From Mytilus edulis (Eukaryota): 64,000 nt of DNA. The notes under the pieces were generated by a model that searched no databases, was not told where the DNA came from, and saw only the letters and a list, made by a program, of their open reading frames with translations. A program made the translations under genes and the position numbers. Positions 63,023-64,000 of the stretch are shown piece after piece. The DNA lies in assembly GCF_963676685.1 (NCBI RefSeq), contig NC_092351.1, positions 55,986,001 to 56,050,000 on the forward strand, given 5' to 3'. Every line of letters begins with the position of its first letter. The first letter of the stretch is position 1.

Positions 63023-64000
63023 ATTAATGACTATCATAGTCAATGTTAATTATTTTATTCTGTTTAAGAATGGATTTATAAGTCTCTGCTTATATTTTGA
63101 AACCTGAATTTTTGTACTCGAAATTTCTCAATTGACCAAAGGAAAATTGCAAATCATATTAAAACAAAATTAGTGACCACAGAGCTCTGAATAAGCTTGG
63201 GTAATACTACTGATATACCTGGATCACCGTTATCGACTACTTACAATGTACAATAGCCAATTCAACATAATGACCTTGCCTACCAATATATTTAAATTTG
63301 ATTACGATTCGAGCTGAATCATTACAATCATTTAAAACCGATTGCACTAACTAACTTCCCTACCAGCTATTTTTTTATAGATTTAGATGCTTTGTCCTCG
63401 TCACTAATAAATGTCCTTTAATGTTAAATATTGAAATTTTACCAAATTGAAATGTTAAATATTTTAAGGGCTATCCTGTCTTTTATTAGACCCAACCAGT
63501 GGTAAATTCATAAAATAATAAGTGAAGTATAGATTGCTTTAAATTTTACAAGTGTTTAATCGGTTAAAATAAAGAAATGCAGCTCAGTAACTAACTTAGT
63601 ATGTAAGTATGTCGTGTTTGTGCATTCCCCTTCGGTTACCTCTTATCTTTTTTTTCCTTTATCGAAAGCAAATAGTATAACTGCGTTGTGTTCTTCTTTA
63701 AAGATAAGTCTATTGAACGAAATAGTCATGGAAGATATTTAAATCATTTCAGATGGAAGTTACAGTATCTGCAAATGAACATGTAAGTATGATTATGATA
63801 GAAAATATTTTATGAGGGGAATATTGCTTTAATCCACAATAGTTCATGTTTCCTTTTGAAAATCAATTGTTTAACCTTGTCATTTCGAGGCTATTTATAG
63901 CTGACTTTGTGATATGGGCTTTGCTCATTGTTGACGGCCGTAAAGTGGCCTATACTACTAGTTAATTAATGTGGCATTTTGGTCTCTGGTGGAGAGTTGT

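Overview
AT-rich, intron-containing animal genomic DNA. The repeat complement (hammerhead-containing repeats, a V-domain tRNA-SINE, pearl/Helentron-type MITEs, Penelope relics) points to a bivalve, most likely a Mytilus-type mussel; this is inference, not a database match. Main content: (1) 1-11.7 kb holds the 5' part of a minus-strand extracellular LRR gene. A signal-peptide/LRRNT exon is followed by 72-bp, phase 2-2, one-repeat-per-exon cassettes: at least 7 intact and about 5 decayed. The array was shaped by a ~7.1-kb intragenic tandem duplication plus single-cassette gain or loss, and one intron holds an antisense P2X7-tail-like ORF. (2) 33-53 kb holds scattered minus-strand phase-1 exons carrying YEDP and PPLPPK motifs, the latter in a ~1.42-kb triplication. 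(3) Mobile DNA comprises a 5'-truncated L1/Tx1 LINE with TSD and a nested insert, a near full-length RTE-X-like LINE, a SINE with a 13-bp TSD, two type I hammerhead ribozymes, Helentron-like MITEs, and a 3.65-kb TA-flanked TIR element carrying a 260-bp satellite. No rRNA, bona fide tRNA or CRISPR array was seen. Most short ORFs in the supplied track are spurious. All coordinates and translations were read by eye.
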